Shown here one piece after another: positions 1 to 9,074 of a stretch of DNA of 64,000 bases. The position numbers were made by a program, and so were the translations under genes. The notes beneath the pieces are model-generated. The model worked only from the letters and a program-made list of their open reading frames with translations, made no database searches and had not been told where the DNA came from. Every line of letters starts with the position of its first letter. The first letter of the stretch is position 1. Source of the stretch: Planctomycetota bacterium (GTDB lineage: Bacteria > Planctomycetota > UBA1135 > UBA2386); NCBI GenBank assembly GCA_046290465.1, contig JBKAGP010000001.1:1920001-1984000 (forward strand). The letters are read 5' to 3'.

Positions 1-436
1 GCCGCTGCCGCTGGCCGCCCGACAGCGACTTCTGCCGCGTCGCGCGCTTCTCTTCGAGCGAGACCAGGGCCAGCGCGTCGTCGACGGTGCGGCCGCGGTC
101 GAAGCACGAACGGAACAGCCGCAGCACCTCCTCGACGTTGGCGTGCTCGTGGAAGCGGGTCTCCTGCAGGCAGACGCCGATGCGCGCGCGGATCGCGTCG
201 TCGTTGCCGACGCGCCACTGGTCGCCGAGGATGCGCACCTCGCCGCCGTCGGGCACGGTCAGCCCTTCGCAGATCTCGACCGTGGTGGTCTTGCCGGCGC
301 CGTTGGGACCGAGCAGCCCGAACACCTCGCCGCGCAGGACGACCAGGTCGAGGCCGTCGACGGCGTGCACGGTCTCGCGCCCCTTCTTGTAGGTCTTGCG
401 CAGGCCGCGCAGCTCGATCGCCGCCGCGTCGCTCAT
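1..436 (-). CDS. ABC transporter ATP-binding protein (ABC-2/drug-export type), 3' end runs off the window
   Basis: Manual translation [16 protein letters not shown]...[12 protein letters not shown] (Walker A)...LSGGQRQR (ABC signature). ATG overlaps the upstream stop (ATGA). Absent from the ORF track because it is truncated. Confidence 0.9.
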   Translation of the reverse strand, partial: MSDAAAIELRGLRKTYKKGRETVHAVDGLDLVVLRGEVFGLLGPNGAGKTTTVEICEGLTVPDGGEVRILGDQWRVGNDDAIRARIGVCLQETRFHEHANVEEVLRLFRSCFDRGRTVDDALALVSLEEKRATRQKSLSGGQRQR

Positions 437-2520
437 CGCGGGAACGCCTCCGGCAGGCCGCCGTCGATCGGCAGCACCGCGCCGGTGGTCGGCGTGCGCT
501 GCGCGGCGAACCACGCCACCGCTTCGCCGACGTGGCGCGGCGTCACCTGCTGCTTGAGCAGCGAACGTTCGCGGTAGTACTCGCGCAGCTGGCCGGCGTC
601 GAGGCCGCGCGCCTGCATGCGGTCCGGGCCGACCTCGGCCCACAGCTGGCTCGGCACGTGGTCGTCGCCGAACACCGCGTCGGCGTTGACGATGTTGACG
701 CGCACCTGCAGCTCGGCCAGTTCCATCGCGGCGATCCGGCCGAGCTGCAGCGCCGCCGCCTTGCTCGCCGAGTAGGCGCCGAAGCGCGCCCCGGGAGCGA
801 ACACGTTCTTGCTGGCCTGCAGCACCACCGAGCCACCGGTCTGCTGCGCGCGGAACGTGCGCGCCGCGGCCTGCAGCAGCAGCATGGTGCCGGTCGTGTT
901 GACGTCGAGCACCCGCTGGAACGTCGCGTGGTCCATCTCCTCCAGCGAGCTGACGTGCGCGATGCCGGCGTTGGGCACGACGCAGTCGACGCCGCCGAAC
1001 TCGGCGCAGCACTCGGCGAACAGCCGCTGCACGTCGTCGGGTGAGGTCAGGTCGGCGACCACGGTGTGCAGCCGTTCGCCGCCGCGCAGGCGCGCGTGCA
1101 CGGTTGCGAGGCGGTCGGCGTCGACATCGGTCGCCAGCACGCAGGCGCCGCGCTCGAGCAGCACCTCGCAGACACCGGCGCCGATCGCGCCGGCGGCCCC
1201 GGTCACCAACGCCACCTGCCCCTGCAGCTCGGGCGCCTGCTGCCTGCCGAGCTTGGCCAGCTCCAGCGGCCAGTACTCCATCTCAGCCAGCTCGTCGTCG
1301 CTCAGCGCGACGTATTCGCCGAGCGCATGCGCCTGCGCCTTGACGCGCAGCGTGTGCTCGGCGAGGTCGGCGGCGATGCGCGCGCCCTTGCGGCTCGCGT
1401 GCAGCGCCACCAGCCCAACGCCGGCGAGCACCGCGACGACCGGCTTCGGCGCGTGCATGTGGTGCGGCGAGAGCCGCTGCGCGCTGCGTTCGTAGTAGCG
1501 GCGGTAGGCGACCTCGTACTCGCCGACCAGCCGGCGCACGCGGTCCGGGCTCTGCCAGTCCTCGCGCGTCAGGTGCAGGTAGTGGCCCTTGGTGCGGATC
1601 ACGTGGTCGGGCGTGATCGGGTTGCTCTGGCACAGCTCGCGCGCCTGGCCGTGCAGGCCGAACGCCGCCAGGTCGTCGTCGGTGCGCGCGTCGACCACGA
1701 CCCGGTCGAAGCCGACGTCGCTGCGGCGCGCGCACGCACCGCGCAGCGCCGGCAGCACCTGGCCGAGCGCCGCCTGTCGGTCGTCGAACGGCAGCGGGCC
1801 GAGCTCCTCGCTGAGCATCGCCGGCACGCCGCCGAGCTCGCGGTCGACGTAGCGCTGGGCGCGATCGACCAGCTCGACGGTGCGGCGGTAGCTCTCCTGC
1901 GCCGAGTCGCCGAACGTGAACAGGCCGTGCTTCGCGAGCACGATGCCGATGCAGTCCGGCGAACGGTCGTAGGCGTCGGCGACCGCCTTGGCGAGCGGGA
2001 AGCCGGGCATGATCCACGGCAGCACCAGCACGTCGGCGCCGAGCGCCTTCTTGACGTGCCGTTCGGGCACCGGCTGGTCGGTCAACGCCAGGATCGCGTT
2101 GGCGTGCGTGTGGTCGACGAACGTGTGCGGCAGGAACGCGTGCAGCAGCGCCTCGACCGACGGGTTGGGCGAGCGGCTGTCGAGCAGCGCACCGCGCACC
2201 GCGTTGACCATGTCCTCGTCGGACAGCTCCTCCAGCTGGCGCAGTTCGCGCAGCGCCTGCAGCCGCACCGCCGGCAGCCCAGGCGGTTCGATGTCGACCA
2301 GGTCCCAGCCGCTGCCCTTGACGCACAGCACCTCGACGTCGCGGCCGAGCAGATCCTTCGCGGTCGTCTTGACCGACGTGTTGCCGCCGCCGTGCAGCAC
2401 CAGCGTCGGGTCGCGACCGAGCAGCCGTGAGGTGTAGACACGCTGCGCCACGGTCTCGCCCGCGGCGGCGAACCGGTCGACGAACGCCTTGGCTTCGTCG
2501 TCGTTCCAGAGGTCAGGCAT
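433..2520 (-). CDS. Bifunctional class II aldolase / short-chain dehydrogenase (RhaD-like fusion)
   Basis: N-terminal aldolase II motifs [26 protein letters not shown]-terminal SDR motifs [16 protein letters not shown]. Confidence 0.9.
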   Translation of the reverse strand: MPDLWNDDEAKAFVDRFAAAGETVAQRVYTSRLLGRDPTLVLHGGGNTSVKTTAKDLLGRDVEVLCVKGSGWDLVDIEPPGLPAVRLQALRELRQLEELSDEDMVNAVRGALLDSRSPNPSVEALLHAFLPHTFVDHTHANAILALTDQPVPERHVKKALGADVLVLPWIMPGFPLAKAVADAYDRSPDCIGIVLAKHGLFTFGDSAQESYRRTVELVDRAQRYVDRELGGVPAMLSEELGPLPFDDRQAALGQVLPALRGACARRSDVGFDRVVVDARTDDDLAAFGLHGQARELCQSNPITPDHVIRTKGHYLHLTREDWQSPDRVRRLVGEYEVAYRRYYERSAQRLSPHHMHAPKPVVAVLAGVGLVALHASRKGARIAADLAEHTLRVKAQAHALGEYVALSDDELAEMEYWPLELAKLGRQQAPELQGQVALVTGAAGAIGAGVCEVLLERGACVLATDVDADRLATVHARLRGGERLHTVVADLTSPDDVQRLFAECCAEFGGVDCVVPNAGIAHVSSLEEMDHATFQRVLDVNTTGTMLLLQAAARTFRAQQTGGSVVLQASKNVFAPGARFGAYSASKAAALQLGRIAAMELAELQVRVNIVNADAVFGDDHVPSQLWAEVGPDRMQARGLDAGQLREYYRERSLLKQQVTPRHVGEAVAWFAAQRTPTTGAVLPIDGGLPEAFPR

Positions 2521-2523
2521 GGA

Positions 2524-3495
2524 TCAGCGCGCCGGTCGGTGTTCGCGCAGCCAGGCGAGCAGCTGCTCGAGGTCGCTGGGCATCGGCGCTTCGATGGTCA
2601 TCGGTTGCTGGGTCACGGGGTGCGGCACGGTCAGCTGCCGGGCGTGCAGGCAGTGGCGGCCGGGACTCGGCGCCTCCCGCGGCAATTGGTCGTGCTGACG
2701 ACGGCGCGAACGATACACGCGGTCCCCCACCAGCGAGTGCCCGATCGACGTCATGTGTACGCGGATCTGGTGCGTGCGGCCGGTCTTGGGACGGCACAGC
2801 ACGTGGCAGAAGCCGTCGAAGCGCTCGAGGATCTCGTAGTAGGTCGACGACTCGCGGCCGCCCTCCTGGACCACCGCCATCCGGTCCGGCTGCTTCGGGT
2901 CGGTCGCGATCGCCCGGTCGATCCAGTCGCTCTGGAAGCGCGGCTCGCCGTAGACGATGCAGCGGTACTCCTTCTCGGCGGTGCGGTCGCGGAACTGCGC
3001 CCGCAGGAAGTCGAGCGCCAGCTGCGACTTGGCGACCAGCATCACGCCGCTGGTGTCGCGGTCGAGGCGGTGCACGATGCCGGGGCGGTCGGCGTCGGGC
3101 GCGGTCGGCAACTCGCCGTAGGTGGCCCTGGCCCAGCTGGCGACCGTGTGCGCGGGGCGGTGTCGGCCCTCCGGCGGGTGCGCCGCGATCCCGACGGGCT
3201 TGTCGATCGCACACAGATCCGGATCGTCGTAGAGCGTGCGGATCTCGGGCAGCGGCAGATCGGGCTGCAGCGGATCGCGCGCCTCGGTCGGGTCGAGCGA
3301 AAACCGGACCTGCTGGCCGGCCTCGAGGGTGAGGCCGGGTCGCACGCGGTGGTCGGGCACCTCGACGAGGCCCTGGTCGAGCATGCGGCGCGCCTGACTT
3401 CGGGTCGTGACCTCGGGCTGCTGCGCGAGGAATACGTCGAGGCGCACGCCGGCGTCGAGCGGCGAAACGGTGCGGATCAAGGGTGCGTCGGCCAT
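2524..3495 (-). CDS. rluD: RluA-family pseudouridine synthase with N-terminal S4 domain (RluD-like)
   Basis: RLDVFLA (S4), DKPVG, catalytic HRLDRDTSG, TGRTHQIRVH, LHA. Start moved to ATG 3495 (MADAPL). Confidence 0.85.
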   Translation of the reverse strand: MADAPLIRTVSPLDAGVRLDVFLAQQPEVTTRSQARRMLDQGLVEVPDHRVRPGLTLEAGQQVRFSLDPTEARDPLQPDLPLPEIRTLYDDPDLCAIDKPVGIAAHPPEGRHRPAHTVASWARATYGELPTAPDADRPGIVHRLDRDTSGVMLVAKSQLALDFLRAQFRDRTAEKEYRCIVYGEPRFQSDWIDRAIATDPKQPDRMAVVQEGGRESSTYYEILERFDGFCHVLCRPKTGRTHQIRVHMTSIGHSLVGDRVYRSRRRQHDQLPREAPSPGRHCLHARQLTVPHPVTQQPMTIEAPMPSDLEQLLAWLREHRPAR

Positions 3496-3734
3496 CGGGG
3501 ACGACGCATTCTCGGCACGCACTTCGATCACGCAAACGAAAAGAAGCGTGACCCACAGCGCCGGTGCCATGGCTTTTGCAAGGACAATCCACAACTGCCC
3601 CCAAGCGAAGGAATGTTGTCCACAGAATCCTCAGAACCCTGTTGAGCATGGATGCAAACCGTGGAGACTCGCGCGGACATACGGCCCTCCGAGAACTCCC
3701 GGTCTTCCCATGCATGAGACCGGCGACACAAACC

Positions 3735-4841
3735 ATGAGACTTCCCGAGGCTTCCCAACCGTGGCGCGCGGATGACGCCGCCTCCCCGACCTCTCTCGCC
3801 TGGTCGCAGCCCCCGCGAACCAACCAAACGCCCGCGCGCAACGCGCGAACGCCCTACCGAGTCCTCGTCGTCGACGACGAACGAGACGTGCTACGCAGCC
3901 TTTCCCAGACGCTCGCACACGACGGCTTCGACGTCGTCTGCGCGAGTTCGCTGGCGCAAGGCGTCGCGACGCTGCACGCGCGCGACTTCGACCTGGTGCT
4001 GACCGATCTCTACCTCGGTCCGACCGACCTCGGTTCGAAGATCGCGGAAGCAGCGCAGGCGCTGCGGCCATCGCCGCCGGTGATCGTGCTGACCGGCAAG
4101 CCGTCGTTCGACGGCGCGCAGGCCGCGATGCGCCACCACGTCGCCGACATGGTGGTCAAGCCGGTCGACCCGTGCAACCTGCTGGCGACCTGCCGCCGGG
4201 TGCTGCAGGAGGCCGAGCTCGAGCGCCGCAACCGCGAGCTCGAGTCGGTCAACCAAGTGCTGGCGTCGGTGATTCCGCGCACGATCGAGATCAAGGATCC
4301 GACCACCAGCGGCCACGCCGCGCGCGTCGTCGGCTACACCGACACGCTCGCGCAGCGCTGCGGCGTATCCGAGGAGGACCGCGCGTCGCTTCGCCTCGCG
4401 AGCCTGCTGCACGACGTCGGCAAGATCGGGATCCCGGACAACATCCTGCAGAAGCCCGGCCCGCTGACCCAGGACGAACGAGAGGTCATCAACCGCCACC
4501 CGCAGATGGGCTATGAGGTCCTGCGCGACCTCAACATGAACGAGAACGTGCGGCTGTGGGTCTACCAGCACCACGAGCGCTGGGACGGCAAGGGCTACCC
4601 CAACTGCCTGGCCGGCGAGGACGTGGCGCTGCCCGGCCGGATCCTGGTGCTGGCCGAGGTCTACGACGCGCTCGCCGAGGAACGCAGCTACAAGCCGGCC
4701 TGGCCGGTCGCCAAGATCGTCGCGCTGTTCCGCGAGGAGGCCGGCCGCCAGTTCGACCCCGAGCTGGCCCACCTGGTCGCCGACGGGCTCGAGAAGAAGG
4801 GCGGGCGATTCTTCGCCCAGAGCCCGGACATGCTGTTCTGA
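3735..4841 (+). CDS. Response regulator with REC + HD-GYP domains (putative c-di-GMP phosphodiesterase)
   Basis: REC (VLVVDD...DLVLTD...LTG...KP) followed by EIKDPTTSGH, LHDVGKIGIPD and HHERWDGKGYP. Start uncertain; ORF track gives 3564. Confidence 0.88.
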   Translation: MRLPEASQPWRADDAASPTSLAWSQPPRTNQTPARNARTPYRVLVVDDERDVLRSLSQTLAHDGFDVVCASSLAQGVATLHARDFDLVLTDLYLGPTDLGSKIAEAAQALRPSPPVIVLTGKPSFDGAQAAMRHHVADMVVKPVDPCNLLATCRRVLQEAELERRNRELESVNQVLASVIPRTIEIKDPTTSGHAARVVGYTDTLAQRCGVSEEDRASLRLASLLHDVGKIGIPDNILQKPGPLTQDEREVINRHPQMGYEVLRDLNMNENVRLWVYQHHERWDGKGYPNCLAGEDVALPGRILVLAEVYDALAEERSYKPAWPVAKIVALFREEAGRQFDPELAHLVADGLEKKGGRFFAQSPDMLF

Positions 4842-5115
4842 GCTCCGCTCCGAGCGACTCCGGGCGGCCCTGAGCCGCCCGCGCCCGGCGCGGCGAGCGC
4901 GCTGCCCTCGCCGCGATCGCACCGCAGACACCGTGGCACGGCCGCGGTCGGCCCGGCTGCGGCCGGGCCCCTTGCCGACGCGCCGATGTCGGCGACAATG
5001 ACGGTGCGGGCGTGTCTCCCGAGCCACGGCCCGTTAGCCTGTAGCGACCCCTCTGCACGCCGAGAACGCGCGCCCTCGCGCTCCCGGTCCACCGTCTTTC
5101 CTGCCTCCCCAATCG

Positions 5116-7140
5116 ATGATGCGATCGACCCCGCTGCGCACGACGGCGCTGACCCTGTCCCTCAGCACCCTCTGCTTCGCCACACTCTCCACCAACACCG
5201 CCGTCGGCCAGGGCCCCAGCGGCGCCCAGCTGCCGGCCTCGGACAAGTCGAGCGCTGACAAGCCGGACGCTGGCAAGCCGAACGACGACACCCTGCCGTC
5301 GTTCCTGCTCAAGGTGCCGGGCGGCGACGTCCAGATGGGCATGGAGATCGACGCATTCGTGCAGGCGTGCGCCGAGGCCGCGTTCGAGTTCAACCCGTCG
5401 ATCGCGCACAAGGCCGCGAAGGACAAGTTCGTGCAGGCGATGCGCCGGTCGGCCTCGATCATCGGCCGCAAGCAGGTGCACGTCGACACGTTCTACCTCG
5501 GCAAGTGGCCGGTCAAGAACAGCGAATACGAGGTGTTCGTCAAGGCCGAGCGCGCCGCCAAGCGCGAGATCCGGCCGCCGATGCACTGGTGGCGCGAAGG
5601 CGCCAAGGAAGAGTACGAGAAGGCGCTGCCGGACATCCGCAAGGCGTTCCCGAAGATGGAGAACGCACCGCTGCTCTACTGGGAGCGCCACGGCCACGAA
5701 CTGCCCTACAAGGTGCAGGACGACAAGGGTGAGTCGATCGCCGACCACCCGGTCGTCTACGTCAGCTGGCGCGACGCCAACCGCTTCGCCGCGAGCCTCG
5801 GCATGCGCCTGCCGACCGAGAAGGAGCTGACCCGCGCGATGCGCGGCGACGGCACCCACACCTGGCCGGGCGGCGAGCAGGACGACACCTGGTCGCGCAA
5901 GAAGCTCGAACTGCTGCAGATGGCCACGACCTCCCAGCTGAAGCTCAAGCCGGTCGGCACGGTCCCCGGCGCGGTCGGCCCGTATGGCCACCTGGACATG
6001 TTCGGCCAGGTCTGGCAACTGTGCGGCGACCTCGGCTTCGACCCGATCCACCGCGACATGGACGACTTCGTCAAGACGTGGGAGAAGGGCCTGCAGAAGC
6101 ACAAGCTCGGCCGCATGCTCGAGCAGAAGCCGACCTTCCGCGGCAACTACATCATCGCCAAGGGCGGCAGCTACCTGTCGTACCAGGAGCCGGTGCAGCT
6201 GATGATCGACGCGCGCGCGCCGATGCAGACCACCGCGGTGTTCGAGAGCATGGGCTTCCGCCTCGCCAAGAGCCTGCAGCCCGGCTACGACTTCCTCTAC
6301 TCCCTCCAGCGCATCCAGTTCGACAGCTCGGCGTTCAAGAAGAACCAGGAGCTGGCGCTGGGCGACCTGGTCGGCGGCGAGCGCTACACGCTGGCCGAGA
6401 ACGGCTTCCCGACCGCCTACGACGCGGTCGCGTTCGCGCCGGTCAACTGGCTGTTCGACGAGAAGTCCAAGAAGCTCAAGCAGATGAACGAGGAGTCGCA
6501 GAGCCGCCCGATGCTGATCGGCGCGCTGGCGACCACCGCCAAGTTCGAGAACGGCATCGAGCCGGGCCTGTACTCGGTGTTCTTCCGCGCTGCCGGCATC
6601 CCGAAGGAGCTGCGCGACTCGGTCAAGCAGGGCCACAAGGCCGTGCTGAAGGAGCGCAAGGCCGCCGAGAAGGCCAAGAAGAACGGCAAGGACAAGGACG
6701 ACGACAAGAAGCAGGACAAGAAGCCGAGCAAGTGGCGCATGGTCACCAAGCGCTTCGGCCTGACCGACGACGACCTCGCCGATGCGAAGGCCGCCAACGG
6801 CAACCTCGGCTTCGTGCGCATCGACGGCGTCGAGATCCCGACCGACCGCGACTCCTACATCATGGCCACCAAGGGCAAGATGATCGGCGTCATCGAAGGC
6901 ACCAAGAAGAAGGCCTCGATGAACCCGAGTCCGATCGCGAGCGAGGTCGCAGTCGTCGCCGGCGGCAAGGGCAAGGAGGACAAGACCGTCGCCGAGTTCG
7001 AGTTCGGAATCCCCATGGTGGCGCGGAATCCGAAGAAGGTGGTCGTCTTCCAGCTGCACGCGGTGTTGGATCAGGCCCCTCCGACTCCGGACAAGCCCTG
7101 GCGCCTGCCGAAGGTAGAGTCGGACCCGAAGAAGAAGTAG
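5116..7140 (+). CDS. Secreted SUMF1/EgtB/PvdO (FGE-sulfatase) domain protein with a Lys-rich C-terminal extension
   Basis: Signal peptide; FGE-fold motifs VPGGDVQMG, HPVVYVSWRDA, MRLPTEKE, DMFGQVWQ, KGGSY, GFRLAK. Confidence 0.8.
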   Translation: MMRSTPLRTTALTLSLSTLCFATLSTNTAVGQGPSGAQLPASDKSSADKPDAGKPNDDTLPSFLLKVPGGDVQMGMEIDAFVQACAEAAFEFNPSIAHKAAKDKFVQAMRRSASIIGRKQVHVDTFYLGKWPVKNSEYEVFVKAERAAKREIRPPMHWWREGAKEEYEKALPDIRKAFPKMENAPLLYWERHGHELPYKVQDDKGESIADHPVVYVSWRDANRFAASLGMRLPTEKELTRAMRGDGTHTWPGGEQDDTWSRKKLELLQMATTSQLKLKPVGTVPGAVGPYGHLDMFGQVWQLCGDLGFDPIHRDMDDFVKTWEKGLQKHKLGRMLEQKPTFRGNYIIAKGGSYLSYQEPVQLMIDARAPMQTTAVFESMGFRLAKSLQPGYDFLYSLQRIQFDSSAFKKNQELALGDLVGGERYTLAENGFPTAYDAVAFAPVNWLFDEKSKKLKQMNEESQSRPMLIGALATTAKFENGIEPGLYSVFFRAAGIPKELRDSVKQGHKAVLKERKAAEKAKKNGKDKDDDKKQDKKPSKWRMVTKRFGLTDDDLADAKAANGNLGFVRIDGVEIPTDRDSYIMATKGKMIGVIEGTKKKASMNPSPIASEVAVVAGGKGKEDKTVAEFEFGIPMVARNPKKVVVFQLHAVLDQAPPTPDKPWRLPKVESDPKKK

Positions 7141-7190
7141 CAGCGCCGCGCGCGGGTCGCGCGGCTCGGAAACGAACCGCGAGACTCGCC

Positions 7191-7754
7191 GTGACCGCCA
7201 ACAAGCACCCCGACGCCAAGACGAAGATCAACCAGAAGGCCGAGCAGGCCTTCTTCGTCCAGGACTACTCCCCTGCCCAGCGCATCGACGGCGTCGAGAT
7301 CGTCGAACTGAAGCGCTTCAACGACGACGGCGGGGCGATCACCGAGCTGGGCCGCCTGACCGCGGGCATGCACCAACAGCTGCCCGACTTCGAGGTCAAG
7401 CAGGTCAACTACTCGGAGATGGAGCCGGGCGCCTGCAAGGCGTTCCACATGCACCACCGCCAGACCGACGTCTGGTATGTGCCGCCGAGCGACAAGCTGC
7501 TGCTGGTGCTGCACGACTGCCGCGAGGGCTCGCCGACCGAGGAGCAGACGATGCGCTTCGTGCTCGGCGACGGCAAGGACCGCCTGGTGCGCATCCCGCC
7601 GGGCGTCGCGCACGGCGCGCGCAACATCGGCCAGCAGGTCGGCCGGATCATCTACATGGTCGACGTGGCGTTCTCGGTCGACGAGAACTGCGACGAGGGC
7701 CGCCTGCCGTGGGACTACCTCGGCGCCGACATCTGGGAGATCGTGCGCGGCTGA
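7191..7754 (+). CDS. dTDP-4-dehydrorhamnose 3,5-epimerase family (RmlC-like cupin)
   Basis: IDGVEIVELKRFNDDGG, QVNYSEMEPG, KAFHMH, IPPGVAHG. GTG start at 7191; the upstream part of the 6021 ORF is shadow. Confidence 0.85.
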   Translation: MTANKHPDAKTKINQKAEQAFFVQDYSPAQRIDGVEIVELKRFNDDGGAITELGRLTAGMHQQLPDFEVKQVNYSEMEPGACKAFHMHHRQTDVWYVPPSDKLLLVLHDCREGSPTEEQTMRFVLGDGKDRLVRIPPGVAHGARNIGQQVGRIIYMVDVAFSVDENCDEGRLPWDYLGADIWEIVRG

Positions 7755-7772
7755 GGCCGCGACGACGCGCCC

Positions 7773-9059
7773 CTACTCGTCCAGCAGGTAGCGACGCGCG
7801 CGCTGGTCGAAGCGCAGCCGCGGCGCCATCGCCTCGAGGTCGTCGGCGAGCCCTCGGGCCGCCGCCACCATCGTCTCGGGGCGCATCAGCATGGCGCTGT
7901 CGAGCGCGCGCCGGCCGCCGCCCTCGGACGGAGCGATCAGCACCAGCCAGAGCAGCGGCTGCGCCCACTCGTGGTCGTCGACGGTCAGCTCGCGGCAGAA
8001 CCGCTGGGCCGCCTGCAGCCCGCCGAGCTGCGCCAGCGCCAGCAGACCGGCCAGGCGCAGCTGCCGCCGCCCGGACGTGCTCCAGTCGGCATAGCGCAGC
8101 GCCGCCAGATCGGAGTCGTGCGGGCGCACCAGCGCCCGCAGCCGCATCGTCGTGCGCACGTCGCGGTCGGGATCGTCCAGGAGGCGTGTGGCGGCCTGCC
8201 ACCAGCCGTCGCTCGCCGGGTCCTGGTCGAGGCCGTCGGCGGCGCGCTCGCGCACGCGCGCCAGTTCGTGGCGGCTCAGCGGCAGCATCAGGTCGCTGAC
8301 CGTGCCGGTCGCGACCATGCGCTGCCAGCCGACGAACCGCCGCTGCAGCTCCTCCGGCGGCGACTCGGCGACGGCCGCGATCGCGGCGACATCGGTCGGC
8401 GGCTCGTCGCGCAGCAGGAACCACGTGAACGACGTGCCCTCGGCGTAGAGCGCCGCGGCGCGCTCCGGCCGGTCCGGGTAGCAGTCGACGAACGACAGCA
8501 GCTGCGCGGCGTCGAGCCAGGCATCGCGGCCGAGCAGCTGCCGCGCGGTCCGCTCGCGCGCGACGTTCGGCAGCCAGATCAGCCGGCCCTGCGCGTCCAG
8601 CATCGACGCGCTGAGCACCTCGCACAGGCCCTCCTCGTACCAGCGCGGCAGCGTCAGCCCGGCGCGTTCGACCAGCGCGTGCACCAGTTCGTGCAGGAAC
8701 GTCTCGCGCGACGCCATCACCGGCATCGCCGCCTTCAGGTCGCCGCCGTAGCCGGCCATCACGTGGATCTCGTCGCCGCCGTGCCAGCCCGAGACCCGCA
8801 GCTCGCCGAGTTGTGCGGTGGCCTCGTCGTGCACGTAGACGTGCAGGCCGTCGAGATCGTCCTGCCCGAACAGCCGCCGCAGCGCATCGATGCGGGCGCG
8901 CACGTCGGCGTCGAACACGAACTCGGTGCGCACCAGCTCGAAGTCGCTGTGCATCTCGAAGCCGAGGGCCGGATGCCGCCAGCGGTGCGGCAGGTCGGCG
9001 CGACACGCCGCGACCAGCAGCATCGCGACGATCGCCGGGGCGCGGACACGGGGCGGCAT
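7773..9059 (-). CDS. Putative lipoprotein zinc metallopeptidase (gluzincin-like) with a C-terminal helical-repeat region
   Basis: Lipobox LLVAAC; FLHELVHAL (HExxH) followed by WYEEGLCE. Confidence 0.6.
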   Translation of the reverse strand: MPPRVRAPAIVAMLLVAACRADLPHRWRHPALGFEMHSDFELVRTEFVFDADVRARIDALRRLFGQDDLDGLHVYVHDEATAQLGELRVSGWHGGDEIHVMAGYGGDLKAAMPVMASRETFLHELVHALVERAGLTLPRWYEEGLCEVLSASMLDAQGRLIWLPNVARERTARQLLGRDAWLDAAQLLSFVDCYPDRPERAAALYAEGTSFTWFLLRDEPPTDVAAIAAVAESPPEELQRRFVGWQRMVATGTVSDLMLPLSRHELARVRERAADGLDQDPASDGWWQAATRLLDDPDRDVRTTMRLRALVRPHDSDLAALRYADWSTSGRRQLRLAGLLALAQLGGLQAAQRFCRELTVDDHEWAQPLLWLVLIAPSEGGGRRALDSAMLMRPETMVAAARGLADDLEAMAPRLRFDQRARRYLLDE

Positions 9060-9074
9060 GGCCCCGATCGTCGG

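Noticed and set aside
3650..3720. c-di-GMP-I riboswitch upstream of the HD-GYP gene (GCAAACC...)
   Set aside because: Lacks the GAAA tetraloop and the second GCAAA/receptor element; the similarity is only a 7-mer.
5116..7140. Ergothioneine synthase EgtB or an active formylglycine-generating enzyme
   Set aside because: No DinB domain or HxxxH iron motif, no catalytic Cys pair, and it has a signal peptide.
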